A DNA stretch of 64,000 bases from Blepharisma stoltei ATCC 30299 (lineage: Eukaryota > Protista > Ciliophora): assembly GCA_965603825.1 (NCBI GenBank), contig CBFDEM010000023.1:434001-498000 (forward strand), read 5' to 3'. The position numbers and the translations under genes are program-made. Below the pieces are notes generated by a model, which was given only the letters and a program-made list of their open reading frames with translations, did not search any database and had not been told where the DNA came from. Of this stretch, positions 48,666 through 60,032 are shown piece by piece. Each line of letters starts with the position of its first letter. The stretch's first letter is position 1.

Positions 48666-49270
48666 TTAGCCTAGCAAACTATTAATCACTGCATTTTCAT
48701 CCCACCCAGCACTTTCCAATGCCTTTCTCACCACTTCTTCCTCAAATCCCATCTCCATTAGCCTCCTGATTTGCTCTTGATGCACTTCTTCAATATCTTT
48801 TGCATATTCTTGGCACCATTGTCTAGCTGTTCTTTCTCATTCTGCATGATGATTCTTATATTGGCTTGCAACAACTGCATCTTGAGGGTCATCAGGCTCT
48901 GGAGCACACAATAAGGCTTGCAAACTTAATAGAGCAGTTCTAATTGTCAATGCAGGACTCCATTCATCTTTAAGAATGTCAAGACAAATTGCGCCAGTTT
49001 GAGAAGAAATGTTAGGATGCCAAATTTTGGTATCAAACTTCATTTTAGGAGGCTTGTAGGGGTAATCTGGAGGAATAGCAATGTCGACTATATAAGTTCC
49101 TCCACTATATGGGGTGTCTGGCTGATATAATCACTTACTGGTCCTTTAATTATGCCTTTCAAATGATGCATGTCACTGCCAACCATGTGGGCAGATACGT
49201 TACTTTGAGCACCTGAAGCATTCAGTTTGAAAAGCTCTTCAAACTCTTTTTGAAGCCTCCTGGACTCCAT
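48666..49270 (-). CDS. UBC1: Ubiquitin-conjugating enzyme E2 with C-terminal UBA domain (UBE2K/Ubc1), 195 aa
   Basis: After removing intron 49122-49138: RRLQKEF...[14 protein letters not shown]...[39 protein letters not shown]...[10 protein letters not shown]. Through TGA to a UBA domain ([18 protein letters not shown]...[12 protein letters not shown]). Confidence 0.95.
49122..49138 (-). other. 17-nt intron in the UBC1 gene
   Basis: Minus-strand GTAAGTGATTATATCAG. Removal restores the frame and the conserved GPPDTPY motif. Confidence 0.85.
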
Positions 49271-49431
49271 TTATTATAATAAAATGTCAATTTCTAAAAA
49301 TTACTAGCAAAAATAAATGAAGAAATTGGCTTAAATCGAAGCGATTAATATAAAAAGACCAAACTAAAAACCAAACTTCGATTATTCCCATTTTTCTCTA
49401 TTTTCTGATTTTAAACTTAAATATAACTTAC

Positions 49432-50382
49432 TTAAAACAAGTTTATTAATAATCCAATCACTACTAAATAGCTTGCCGAGCATTTATTAGCCCACTTTTT
49501 GAGCTGTTTAAATTTGATTAACTCTTCAGCATCTTTAAAATAGCACGATTCAGCTTTTTCTATCACCGGAAAATTCAATTCATAATACAACAAATATCTA
49601 CTTCTCTCAATTCTCCCATCGTTAACAGCAGCAAGATAGTCTTTCACTGGTTCATCAGAATCATGCAATTTGCAATATCTGTCTCCACGACTATTAGGCA
49701 CACAAACACACTCTCCAGATGTCTCATCAGTTGCTTTACAATCATCATCACTATGACACTTCTTTGGTAATTCATCACTAATAGTGGCTGAAGGGACACT
49801 ACAAACTCCATCCGAAACAATAGCAGAAGAGCACGCCAGTTTAGAGTCTGCAGGCTTTCCAGCATCTACTGAGAAGTACTCAATACAAATTCCTTTATTG
49901 CAGACATTTCCAATTTCGCATTCATCTAGATAAGTACAAGTATCACCATTTGAAACCCTTTCAACACAAATCAAGCCTTCTTTACAATAAAAATCAGGGT
50001 GGCAAGGGTTAGTTTGGTTGCAGACCTCATTTTTGTGGGAGTATGCTACACAAGTCATTGTGGGAGGTTCATAGTCAGGATCTTCTTTGACACATTCGAC
50101 GGACTCAGGAGGGGAAGATAGGCTGAAGCTGGGACAATAGAAGTCATCTTTGCAGTCGCCAAGGTTATAGGATGCGGCAGATGATGTTAAGCAAGTGTCT
50201 ACGTTTTCTTCTAGACATGTGTATTTAGGACATACTGAAGATTCAGATGGTTGGTCTTGGGGTTCAATTTCGGCAGGCTCGCTAGATGACTCAGTGTCCT
50301 CTTGGAGGGTTATAGGAGAAATTTTGTTTGCAGAAATTTCGATACAAGAGATAATTAAGAAGCTGATAATAAGCTTAGCCAT
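49432..50382 (-). CDS. Cysteine-rich secreted/surface protein, possibly GPI-anchored, 316 aa
   Basis: Signal peptide, many regularly spaced Cys (C-x4/5-C-x4-C patterns), and a hydrophobic C-terminus (SASYLVVIGLLINLF) with no cytosolic tail. Confidence 0.8.
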   Translation of the reverse strand: MAKLIISFLIISCIEISANKISPITLQEDTESSSEPAEIEPQDQPSESSVCPKYTCLEENVDTCLTSSAASYNLGDCKDDFYCPSFSLSSPPESVECVKEDPDYEPPTMTCVAYSHKNEVCNQTNPCHPDFYCKEGLICVERVSNGDTCTYLDECEIGNVCNKGICIEYFSVDAGKPADSKLACSSAIVSDGVCSVPSATISDELPKKCHSDDDCKATDETSGECVCVPNSRGDRYCKLHDSDEPVKDYLAAVNDGRIERSRYLLYYELNFPVIEKAESCYFKDAEELIKFKQLKKWANKCSASYLVVIGLLINLF

Positions 50383-50643
50383 TTTAATTCTAAATAGCGT
50401 CGGATGAAGATAATTTGATGGATGGCATTAATAACGTGAGCTGAAATGGTGGATTCTTTGGTAAATTAATGTGAAATAGATGATTAAGGATTCAAATTTT
50501 AATGATATATAAATAGATGGGAATCTAGCGTTTAAGCTAAGAATGAGCATTCTATATAAAATGTATTTCTCAAATTAAATAATTTTTAAGGTAAATTCAT
50601 TATTTATGTATCATTTTGCATGCAAATTTAATTATGAAGGTTA

Positions 50644-51636
50644 TTAATAATTATAAGATCCTTGGTCTTGACTAGGCTCCAAAGGATTTCGCTGATTATA
50701 GTCACCGTATCTTTGCTGAGGAGGTGTTTGATATCCCCTCATTTCATTTTCTTGAGGAAATTGATTAGGAGATCTCTCCAAAGGACTTTGGTATCTTTGC
50801 ATTTCTATTTCCTGATTAAATTGGTTCGGAGACCGCTCTAAAGGACTTTGATATCTTTGCTGATCGTATTCTTGAGGACTTTGTGGTCTGAAATCTTGAG
50901 AAGGATTTTGATATCTTTGCTGATTAAATTCTGGATTATTTGCATCTGAAGCGCGCAATAGTGGATTTTCTTGCTGAGGCGCAAATTCTGGAGGCTGAAT
51001 TAAAGGATTTCCCATTTGATTCACAGGCTGAGCCAAATTATCTTTTAATTTCTCATATATCGGCCTCGGCAAGTATCCACTTGGCGCTTTGCTATACAAA
51101 ATCCATATTGAGATCCCAATCGCCAATAAAATAACTGCAGCAACAATCTGAAAAATGCACACAATTGACATGTTGATCCTATAATCTTCATTTAAATTAT
51201 CTACATCATTATCATAATACTTCTGTGATAAAGGCGTCAATTCATTCCATTTGTCTGTCCTATCACTTGACCCCGAAATTACCATTCCGGCAATCCATTC
51301 AGCAACAGACAGCACAATTACTAAAATTGCCCAAATAATCATAACAAATCTAAGAGGCTTTAAGCAGTCATGGTATATAACTTCTGCACTTTCATAGCCT
51401 AATACTGTCATTGCCAAAGTTATTACAAGAACTGGGAAAAATATATGTGACACATAGGCTGGAATGTCAATGTCTTCAGATGTGTGACAAATTGTTCTGT
51501 ATATACAGCCTATCTCTGCGAATATTATGAGTAGTATCACTAAGATTGCCGACATTCAGTATATAGCTTTTTGGGTTCTTTCGATTTCTGCGTGAAATAG
51601 GCCGGGGTTTTGGTTATTTTGAGCTTCAGGCAGCAT
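50644..51636 (-). CDS. Four-TM membrane protein with Q/P-rich repetitive cytosolic tail (303-330 aa)
   Basis: Four hydrophobic segments. The frame stays open through one TGA to ATG 51636; the alternative start is 51555. Confidence 0.78.
50700..50930 (-). repeat. Imperfect coding repeats QQRYQ(S/N)P / ERSPNQF
   Basis: About five degenerate units: NQQRYQNP, DQQRYQSPLERSPNQF, MQRYQSPLERSPNQF, MRGYQTP, QQRYG. Confidence 0.8.
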
Positions 51637-51643
51637 AATATAT

Positions 51644-52420
51644 TTAAATTAAATTTGAAATTTCTATTAATTCATTGTTATCAAACTCGCCAATTATTTC
51701 TTGGTCTTGTGACTCAGAGTAGAATTTGCCATGCCCATGCATCGCTCCATTTAAAAAGCTTCCAATGTAGATGTCTCCATTTGCAAAATTGGCTTTTCCG
51801 AACCCATTTAATAGTCCATTGACATAGTTTCCAATGTCATACTTACCATCTACATGATAAAAGATTCCAATGCCATTTGGCAAGTTATTTTCTCATTTTC
51901 CTTCGAACCGACTTCCATCATCAATATATAAAACACCATCCCCATGCCTCATTCCGTTTAAAATCCCGCCAATATACTTGTTTCCTTCTTTCATTTCTAT
52001 ACAAACCCCAGCAGTTTCTTTAGACTCTAAACTCAGCTCTAGCTGATATGGCTTCCCATTGCCTTTTCTAATTGTTTTTATCAATTTCCCTTGTCTTCAG
52101 TAGCCTAATTCTCAGTTTTTAGTCTCTTGAATATAATTTACTCCATAGCCAAAAGTATGACCTTCTTTTCACTGGCCTATAAATCTGTCTCCATTTGGAA
52201 AATCGCATTTGCCAAAGCCATGCAATTTATTTTCTTTGAAACATCCTGCAAATTCACCTCCTTGGTGCAATTTAAGAATTCCTCATCCATCCATATTACC
52301 TGACCTTCATTCACCTTCATAAGAGCTTCCATTATGTCATTTCATGATTCCGAACCCGTTCTTTAAGTTATACCAAGTTTGTCCATGATAAGAGCCATCA
52401 TATTCATGTAAAATTTGCAT
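51644..52420 (-). CDS. MORN-repeat protein, 258 aa
   Basis: From ATG 52420, reading TGA=W: GSSYEGE-W-RSGNMDG-W-G, GDRFIGQ-W-KEG, GSRFEGK-W-ENN, GDIYIGSFLNGAMHGHG. Confidence 0.92.
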
Positions 52421-52676
52421 TTACTTAATTAAGTATTATTGAAATATAGAGTTGGCGGTGTTTATTGCAAACTTTAAAAGAGATTATCTCATTTGTAAAT
52501 ATTCATCTGTGCAAAATACTTATGTTTTAAATTCAATTGGATTATCGTATTTGTATCAGAAAATTTTCGATAATATAGTTACCTTATCGCAACCATCATA
52601 TAAAATATTTTTACATGACTTCAAGCTTTATTAAATTCAACCTAACTAAATTTCACATATTGACTAGCTATAAAAG

Positions 52677-53504
52677 ATGGATAGTGATACCTTCTCTAAC
52701 CAAAAAGGCTGGACAAATAAGTTGAACGCTCTTAACGAAATCAGAAACCTAAAACTGCACAAACCAGAGCTCGTTCTGAAATATGGAGCAACTCTTCTTA
52801 CCAAACACAAATGGAGGCTCGGAACTGACTATTGGAATGTATGTGAAGATGTATTTTACGCTTCTTTAGATACTTTATCTCCAGAATGAACTGATTTTAC
52901 CATCAAAGCTCTGAGAAGACAATTTGGCCAGACTGTAAGAGTTATGAGAATGGAAGGAATTTTATTTGAGCATTCAGGACGATTTAATGAGGCAATGAAA
53001 ATTTATGAGGAAATGCTTACCACTAATCCATTGGATGCTGCAACTTGGAAGAGAAAAATTGCACTCTTTAGAACTACTGGGAAAATAGATGAGGCAATTA
53101 ATACTTTGAATACTTATCTTGAAACATTTCAAGCAGATATAGAAGCTTGGGAAGAATTAGCTGATATTTATTTAGCTAATCAGCATTTTTCACAAGCTGC
53201 ATATTGCTATGAAGAAATTGTGCTGAGCTCTCCTGAAAACTGCTGGGTGATATTAAAGTATGCCGAAATGTTATATTCCATAGGAACATTAGAGAAAGTT
53301 AATTTGGCAAGGAAATATTTTATGCAAGCGATTATACTCAATAATCAGTGCACCAGAGCAATGTGGGGATTGTATCAGTGCTGCAATTTTATTAAATCAG
53401 GAAAGCCAGATGATGTTAATACTAAACTCTTAGATAAAGCCAAAGCATTACTACAAAAAGCATATCAAGGAAGCCCAATTCAAATCAGTAATTTGCTTAG
53501 CTAA
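52677..53504 (+). CDS. EMC2: ER membrane protein complex subunit 2 (TPR protein), 275 aa
   Basis: W.VCEDVFYASLD...F..TVRVMRMEGILFE (through TGA 52887), KRKIAL, LNTYLETFQADIEAWEELADIYL, AAYCYEEIVL..P, YAEMLYSIG, ARKYF, RAMWGL. Confidence 0.92.
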
Positions 53505-53808
53505 TTATTTTTAATCCTTTATCGAAATAATTACAAATAAAAGCTATGAAAGCTCTCCATATCAAGAATCTTCTAATATAAAAATATTATTTTAAAATAT
53601 AGGCATCCTAACCATTAAAGTCATGCAAAAAGCTAATTGCTAAATTATCGATATAAATCATTATTTATATTCATATACGTGATTTTTAGAAATTAAGATA
53701 AACGAAAAATATTTATTAGTAATCAATTTTAACCAAATAAAATGGCGGCTTTTTTGATTATTTAATATATATTTGCATAAGGGTTAAATTTAAGAATGGC
53801 AAATTAGT

Positions 53809-54072
53809 TTAAGAAATTAAGGGAGCATTGTCTTGCTTCTTAAGCTTGGAATTTTTATTGTCAAGATTCAAATTTTTGTTTTCTCTCGTTTCTACTTGAT
53901 TGGACGAGTTTCAATGATATCGTTGATATTGCTTGCTTGCCTCTTCTTTGGTAAAATTATAATCATACTTTAAAGATTTTTCATTGGTTTGTTCTAAAAT
54001 TTCTTCATTGATATGGCTGATGAACTGATAATATTCTTTCAAATCGTCTTGCGATAAGTTAAAAAGTTCCAT
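53809..54072 (-). CDS. Small protein (87 aa) with a CDK-inhibitor (Cip/Kip/KRP)-like motif
   Basis: Absent from the ORF track because of an internal TGA. MELFNLSQDDLKEYYQFISHINEEILEQTNEKSLKYDYNFTKEEASKQYQRYH-W-NSSNQ...NAPLIS*; a coding-like island within AT-rich flanks. Confidence 0.6.
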
Positions 54073-54831
54073 TTAATTATTATTAGCATTATTCTGAGCA
54101 GAAATACTTTAGTCAAGCACTCCAAATTCGTATTATTTTTAATAAAAAATGAATTCAAATTTTAATTTAGGCGGCATTTTTAATATATGATAAAATTAAA
54201 TTCATTACTTAGACATTTTATATTTATTTATGCTGATTAATTTATTATCATTGTTGATAATCATAGGTATCATATAATCAAAATCTGCATATGATTGAGC
54301 CTCAATAATCAAATGCGAATTGATAAATTTAATGAAGTCATCTATTTAAAATAGAAAAATAACTTTAATTTTTAGATTAATTCTGAAGATAAATATGCTA
54401 TTGATAGAAAATATTTTGGCAATTTTTGATTAAGCATAAACAATTAAATTAAAACAAAAATGAAATAAAAATCATGATATGAAGTTTTTTTAACCTCTTT
54501 CTTGCTTACTATAAAAAATTGAATTACTACTAATGCATTTAGAAGTGTAATTAAAAATGAAAAATGATGATAATATATAAATTTGCTACTACCCTCTTCA
54601 TCACATTAATAGTAATTAAAAATGCCAAAACTTTTAACTTTTAATATAAAATTTCCATATTTATATGATTAGATCACCTCAAGATATATCAAATTGCTCA
54701 GAAAATGAAGAGCGTTTCAAAATACAGCTGCATTAATTTTATTTGTTCGATTTTCAATGCTTACCATCTTTAAAAAAGGGGTTACAAAATATAGACCGAT
54801 AGATGACTTAATACTTAATCTAATTAGCTAG

Positions 54832-56673
54832 ATGGAAGAAGCATATTTTTTCGAAACTCGGTCCTATTCGCTAGAGCCGAATTTATTACATGATGAGAAA
54901 TTCCCGTTCGATGATATAAAGGAGCGCTCAGCAAGGAAAAATAAAACGCAAACTGATAAGATCAACGCTCTTCGTGAGATTTTGGAGCAACAATGCATAG
55001 ATAAATTTCAAGACCAGGAGGAATCTTTGCTATATATGAGGTCCTTTGATACTATTTATGAAAATAGCGGCGACGACTCAACTTCAGAAAGTGGAAAAAC
55101 TTCTCCTTCAACGTGTTTTGAAATTCCATATACGTATAATACAATTATTTGGGTAAAGAACAAAAGCAGTTTAAAAAAGACAAACATTAAGCCATTGGAG
55201 ACACACCAAATTGTGACTGATGATGGACCAGTTGAGCTGAGGTTTAACATTTTTCCAGTTTCTTCAGAAAAGCAAAGGAGTAAGCCTTGAGTTGTAGATT
55301 CCATGATATGCATTATCGAAGATTTAAATGATGTGCAAGAAATTAACCGACTCAAATCTGAGTGCAATTATGCATGGAGTAAGATTGCTCTTATTCCTAA
55401 TCCTGAATTATATTCTATAATTCAATCAGGAGCGTATATCATCGAGATACCAATTTTTAAATCTTTAGGAGAATGCTTAGAGCAGGTGCATAAAGATGAT
55501 ATAGCGTTACAAGAGGATCTTCAAAATTGGTTTTATCATTCAGACCAAGAGAAAATACTATCATTATTTCAAGAAAATTTAAAATCAGGATCAGATGGGC
55601 TCAATAATTTTTTAAAAAGAATTAAAGAAGGAAACGCTAGTCTAAGAGAGTTCAATTATTGATGAAAGAAAGGCAAGCAGGGCGGCTTATCAATTCAAAA
55701 GTCATTGCTGTCATTTCTTGCTAAAATTGCAGTTAATTTCTCGAATTCTCTTGATTCACTAGAATTGCTTGGAAACGGTCTTTTTTCCATCGACAAAACG
55801 ACGCTGACAAAAGAGCTTTCTATAAAAATTGGTCCTGAATTTCAAAATCCTAAATCCAAACTTTCATTGGTTTTAGGCAAAAGTGCTAAAAGAGAGCAAA
55901 TTTTAAATGAAGTCAATAAAGCTCTTTCATTTAATATGAGGGAAACTTGATTTTCTATCACTTTATCAGCAAAAAATGGGACGAGATTTATAAATTTGAT
56001 ATCAGATACATTTAAAGCCATTTTAAATTCCTGATTAGCTTCTTCTTATGATGGCGGCTTTATAAAGGACTGTATAGGAATTGAAGTTAAGAAAATTGCG
56101 GATAAAATTTTTATTGGACTTTGGGCTGACTTCACTCATTATCAGCTTGAAAAAGTAATGAAAGTCATTGATTTTTTAGAAGATCATTTCAGATCCCCAA
56201 TTGATGATTTTCTTGATCTTTCCTTGACTTTTCGAAATGGAATTAAAGAATTACTGAGAAATAAAGATACAAGTTCTTTGTTCGATGCTTTAAATTTAAC
56301 TTTAACTTTCGTTCATTGAAAGCAATTTGCAGACACAATAGCATCCATAATGGATATGAATTCTTTATATAAGTTTTTTCCAGTACTCGCATTACTAACA
56401 TCAGGCAAAATAGACATTCGATTAAAATCCCTTATGCAATTCCGGAATATTTCCCCATTTTCTCTCATTCCAACTAATCGCAAAATAATTGATCATCTCA
56501 AAGATTTCATCAGCGTTTACATAAATGAAGATCTCCTTCTATCTAATCTCCTTAATAATATAATAGGAGAGCTCAGTAATAAGATTGAAATCTTCACACG
56601 ATTTAACAATTTTGGGGCAAAATTAACAATTGAAGTTGAAGACCTATTTGAATTTTTTCAAGAATGTATTTAG
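54832..56673 (+). CDS. Hypothetical protein, 613 aa
   Basis: ORFs 54832, 55303, 55705 and 56350 share a frame, with only TGA in the gaps; ends TAG. No confident domain. Confidence 0.8.
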
Positions 56674-56722
56674 TTTAGTTAAACTATGTTTGTTAAAATG
56701 CTATTATCTTTATTTGATACAA

Positions 56723-59700
56723 TTATAATTTTGATGCTTTGCGGTTCAAGTTGTGAGAAGTATTGCTATGGCCTGATGAACCTCTTTGAGTTACAGTCAT
56801 TCCATTTTTATCTTTCTTTTTGCTTCCCAAAACATCTAAAACTCCCACAGTTGGGTTGGCTCCAAAAAGTTTATTATAATTTTCTTCTCTATTTACAAGC
56901 TCAAGTTTATAGAATTTCATGTCTTCATATGCTTTTTTAAGTGCTTCATCTTTAATACCTACTTCTTCTTGTAAATGCTTAATTAAAGCAATGTCTTCTT
57001 CTCTAGAAGGCCTGTTGTCATAAAGGCTTTGAAGCTCTTCATAGCGCTTTAAAAGAGTGTTATGCCTGTTTTCCATCATTTCAATTGTATTTTGGAAATC
57101 TTTTTGTAGTTGGGCCATTTCATCTAGGTGCTCTTTAAGTATGCTGTCTCTTTCAGTTTTGAATTTTGATCTGAGCTCGTTTTCTTTCTTTTCGTATTCT
57201 TTTTGTTTTGCGTTTAATTGTTCTTGCATTTCACTTTTGATAGTGCTAATTTGAAGCTCCAACGCTTTCATTTCACTTTCTTTTTGAGCAAGTTTTTCAG
57301 CTTCATCGCTTAAATCTGATTTTAATTTTGCGATTTCTTTACTCAGAGCTTCTTTTTCACGCTTCAAGTTTTCTATGACTCCTTCAAAATTGTTTTTCTC
57401 ATTTTCACTCATTTTTTTTAATTTTTCTATTGAGAGTTTTAATTCATTGATTTCTTTTTCATATTCGACACATTTTTGGGCCAAAATTCTATCAAAATCT
57501 TGGCTGAATTTTTGAAGCTTTTCTTCTTGCTGCTGAGCCATAAAATCAAGCTCTTTTTTCCTTTGCTCTTCAAAACGCTTTGATGATCTTTCCATTTCTT
57601 CTTGGAATTCTCTTTTTAGATTCTCTATTTCTCTTGCATGTGCTGCCTTCAACTCATTTATTGAATTTTGACTATTCCCATCCAGCTCAGCTAATCTTTT
57701 TGCGTGATTTGTTTCTAATTCTTTAAGTCTTGTGTTCGAAGAATTTTCTAAATCTCTATACTTTTGGGTCCATTCTTTATCTAGCTTATCTTTTTCATTA
57801 AGTATTTGTTGCAACTCTGCAGCCAACTGTTCTCTAATATTTTGAGAATCAGCTTGCAACTTGGCAGCCATTTCTTGGTTTCTCTTTCTCATTTCTTCAA
57901 GTTCTCTTTTATATTTTTCTTCAAGTGCCGCAAGTTGGACTCTTAAATAATTTTCGTCTTCTTTTGCTTTTTCTTCAAGTTTAAGCTCCCATTCTCTTAT
58001 AATCCTGGAGTTTTCTCTTTTTAAGTTTTCTATCTCTTGAATTAGCTGCAATTTCTGTCCTTCTCCATTTTGTTTTAAATTGCTTATTTCTATTTCTAAG
58101 TCTCTGATTCTGCTATCTCTGCTAGCTACTTCTCTATTTAAAGAAGAAATATCATTTATTGCTGTTTCCAGCCTATTCTCGACATCTGACTTTGACTTTT
58201 TCAAATCCTGAATTTCTTGCAGAAGCAGATTGATTTTATTTTGCAGATCTTGAGCATACTTGCTTGATTCCCCTGACAGATTTGTGATGTCAATTTTTAG
58301 CTTCCTAATCTCTTCTTCATAAGTAGCTTTTTGATCATTTAATTTACTGGTAAATTCATCTTTGAGAACTCCTCTATAATATTCGTGTTCAGATTTAAGC
58401 TTATTCAATGCATCTTCTTTTTTCTTTTCCAGATCAGCTGATAGCTCATTTATTTTTTTTTCATGCAATTTCTTTAAATCTTGCACTTCTTGTGCACTTA
58501 GCTTTCTCAAGCTTTCTAGCTCATCTTGAAGCTGCTTCACTTGTGAGGAACTGTTTTGTTTAAGTCCATCAATATCTCTCATAAGTCTGTCTATTTCTCC
58601 TTTCAGACTATCAATTTCAGTGTTTCTTTTTTTAATTTCGTCGCTAAAAATATTGTCATTACTATCAATTTGTGCCCTCAAACTTTTGATTTCTTGAAGA
58701 GCAGTTGCTAGCTTATCTTCAGTTTCCTGAAGTTTTGCCCGTAGTTCACTTAAATTTTGTTCTGCTAAGACGAGCTGGTGCTGCAAAGTTTGAATTCGCT
58801 CATTTTTATTTTCAATTTCTTTGCTCAAAAAGGCTTCTTTTTCGCTCATGTTTTGCTTGTAGCCTTGGATTTCTGATTTAAAATTGTTTACCATGTCTTC
58901 GTACTCTTTGGTCATTGTTTGAATAGTTTTGTCTCTTTCTTGAACCATTCTTGTCAAATTTTGAATTTTCTGGATTGCTCCTGACAGTTCTGAGCCTAAT
59001 TTTTCTGCTTCAGCCCCTGTCTTATATTTTGAATTCTCAGCCATTTCATAATCTGCATACAATTTCTGGTATTTTCTTTCCCAATCAGTTACCAGCTGAT
59101 TCAATTTTTTAAGCTCCCTTTGCAAATCCTCCATTAAAGCTTCAAGTTTAGCTTTTTGGTCTGTCAATTGTTTATTAGCTGCAGTTAAACTTGTATTAGC
59201 TGCAGTCAATTCCTGGATCTTTGCTTCAGCCTGATCAAGTTTTTTCAAAAAATCAGACCCAGCTTGATCAAATAGTTTCTGGGCTTTTGCTCTTTCTTCT
59301 GCTTTAACTCTGGCTATCTCATCTTTCAGTTTCTTTTCCCATTCAGTATTTAATGATTTCAATCTCTTATCCATTTCGTCTCTCAAGTTGTCTTCACTAT
59401 CAAGTTTGTCTTGCAGCAATTTTGAGTATTTTGCATTTTGTTCTTTTACATAAGCATCCATTTCTGCTTTATGAGTCCTCATTAGCTCTTCAAGGGCACC
59501 TGCAGATGTGAGCTGCTTTCCTTCAAACTGAGACAGTTGCTTTTGAAAAGCTGCTTTAAGTTCTCCAATTTCTCGCTTATACAGGTCGATTTTTTCTTTG
59601 CTTTCTTTTCTCAACGAAGCTTCTCTTTCTTCAGCGCCTGATCTTAATAACGCTAAATCTGCTTGGGCTTTTCCTTTGGATTCTTCATATTGGTTTTGGA

Positions 59701-59941
59701 TTTGAGCTATCATAGCGCCTACATCACCTGCCTGCTTGTGCTTTTCCAAAATTTCACGTTGCTTTGAGATGATGTTATTAGCCTCCCTTACTATCCTGTC
59801 AATTTCTTTTTCATATGCTTCTGCTTGTGCTTGGTGATATAGCGCTGCTTCATCACTTTTGGTGTTTAGATGGAAAATTACTTTGGTAAGTTGAGCAATT
59901 TTCTTGCTCATCTTATGATGAATATCTGGTAGCTCAGCCAT
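56723..59941 (-). CDS. FAM184-family coiled-coil protein, 1072 aa
   Basis: N-terminal KMSKKIAQLTKVIFHLNTK and C-terminal RPSREED...KFYKLELVNREENYNKLF.....VGVL are FAM184A/B-type signatures around a long coiled coil. Confidence 0.88.
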   Translation of the reverse strand: MAELPDIHHKMSKKIAQLTKVIFHLNTKSDEAALYHQAQAEAYEKEIDRIVREANNIISKQREILEKHKQAGDVGAMIAQIQNQYEESKGKAQADLALLRSGAEEREASLRKESKEKIDLYKREIGELKAAFQKQLSQFEGKQLTSAGALEELMRTHKAEMDAYVKEQNAKYSKLLQDKLDSEDNLRDEMDKRLKSLNTEWEKKLKDEIARVKAEERAKAQKLFDQAGSDFLKKLDQAEAKIQELTAANTSLTAANKQLTDQKAKLEALMEDLQRELKKLNQLVTDWERKYQKLYADYEMAENSKYKTGAEAEKLGSELSGAIQKIQNLTRMVQERDKTIQTMTKEYEDMVNNFKSEIQGYKQNMSEKEAFLSKEIENKNERIQTLQHQLVLAEQNLSELRAKLQETEDKLATALQEIKSLRAQIDSNDNIFSDEIKKRNTEIDSLKGEIDRLMRDIDGLKQNSSSQVKQLQDELESLRKLSAQEVQDLKKLHEKKINELSADLEKKKEDALNKLKSEHEYYRGVLKDEFTSKLNDQKATYEEEIRKLKIDITNLSGESSKYAQDLQNKINLLLQEIQDLKKSKSDVENRLETAINDISSLNREVASRDSRIRDLEIEISNLKQNGEGQKLQLIQEIENLKRENSRIIREWELKLEEKAKEDENYLRVQLAALEEKYKRELEEMRKRNQEMAAKLQADSQNIREQLAAELQQILNEKDKLDKEWTQKYRDLENSSNTRLKELETNHAKRLAELDGNSQNSINELKAAHAREIENLKREFQEEMERSSKRFEEQRKKELDFMAQQQEEKLQKFSQDFDRILAQKCVEYEKEINELKLSIEKLKKMSENEKNNFEGVIENLKREKEALSKEIAKLKSDLSDEAEKLAQKESEMKALELQISTIKSEMQEQLNAKQKEYEKKENELRSKFKTERDSILKEHLDEMAQLQKDFQNTIEMMENRHNTLLKRYEELQSLYDNRPSREEDIALIKHLQEEVGIKDEALKKAYEDMKFYKLELVNREENYNKLFGANPTVGVLDVLGSKKKDKNGMTVTQRGSSGHSNTSHNLNRKASKL

Positions 59942-60032
59942 TTTGAATTATGAACAATGGAAACTGTTTTGAAAAATCAAAAATAATTTATGGGAGGAAT
60001 GGAATAGATGAATAGTTGTTAAAGCTAGATTA

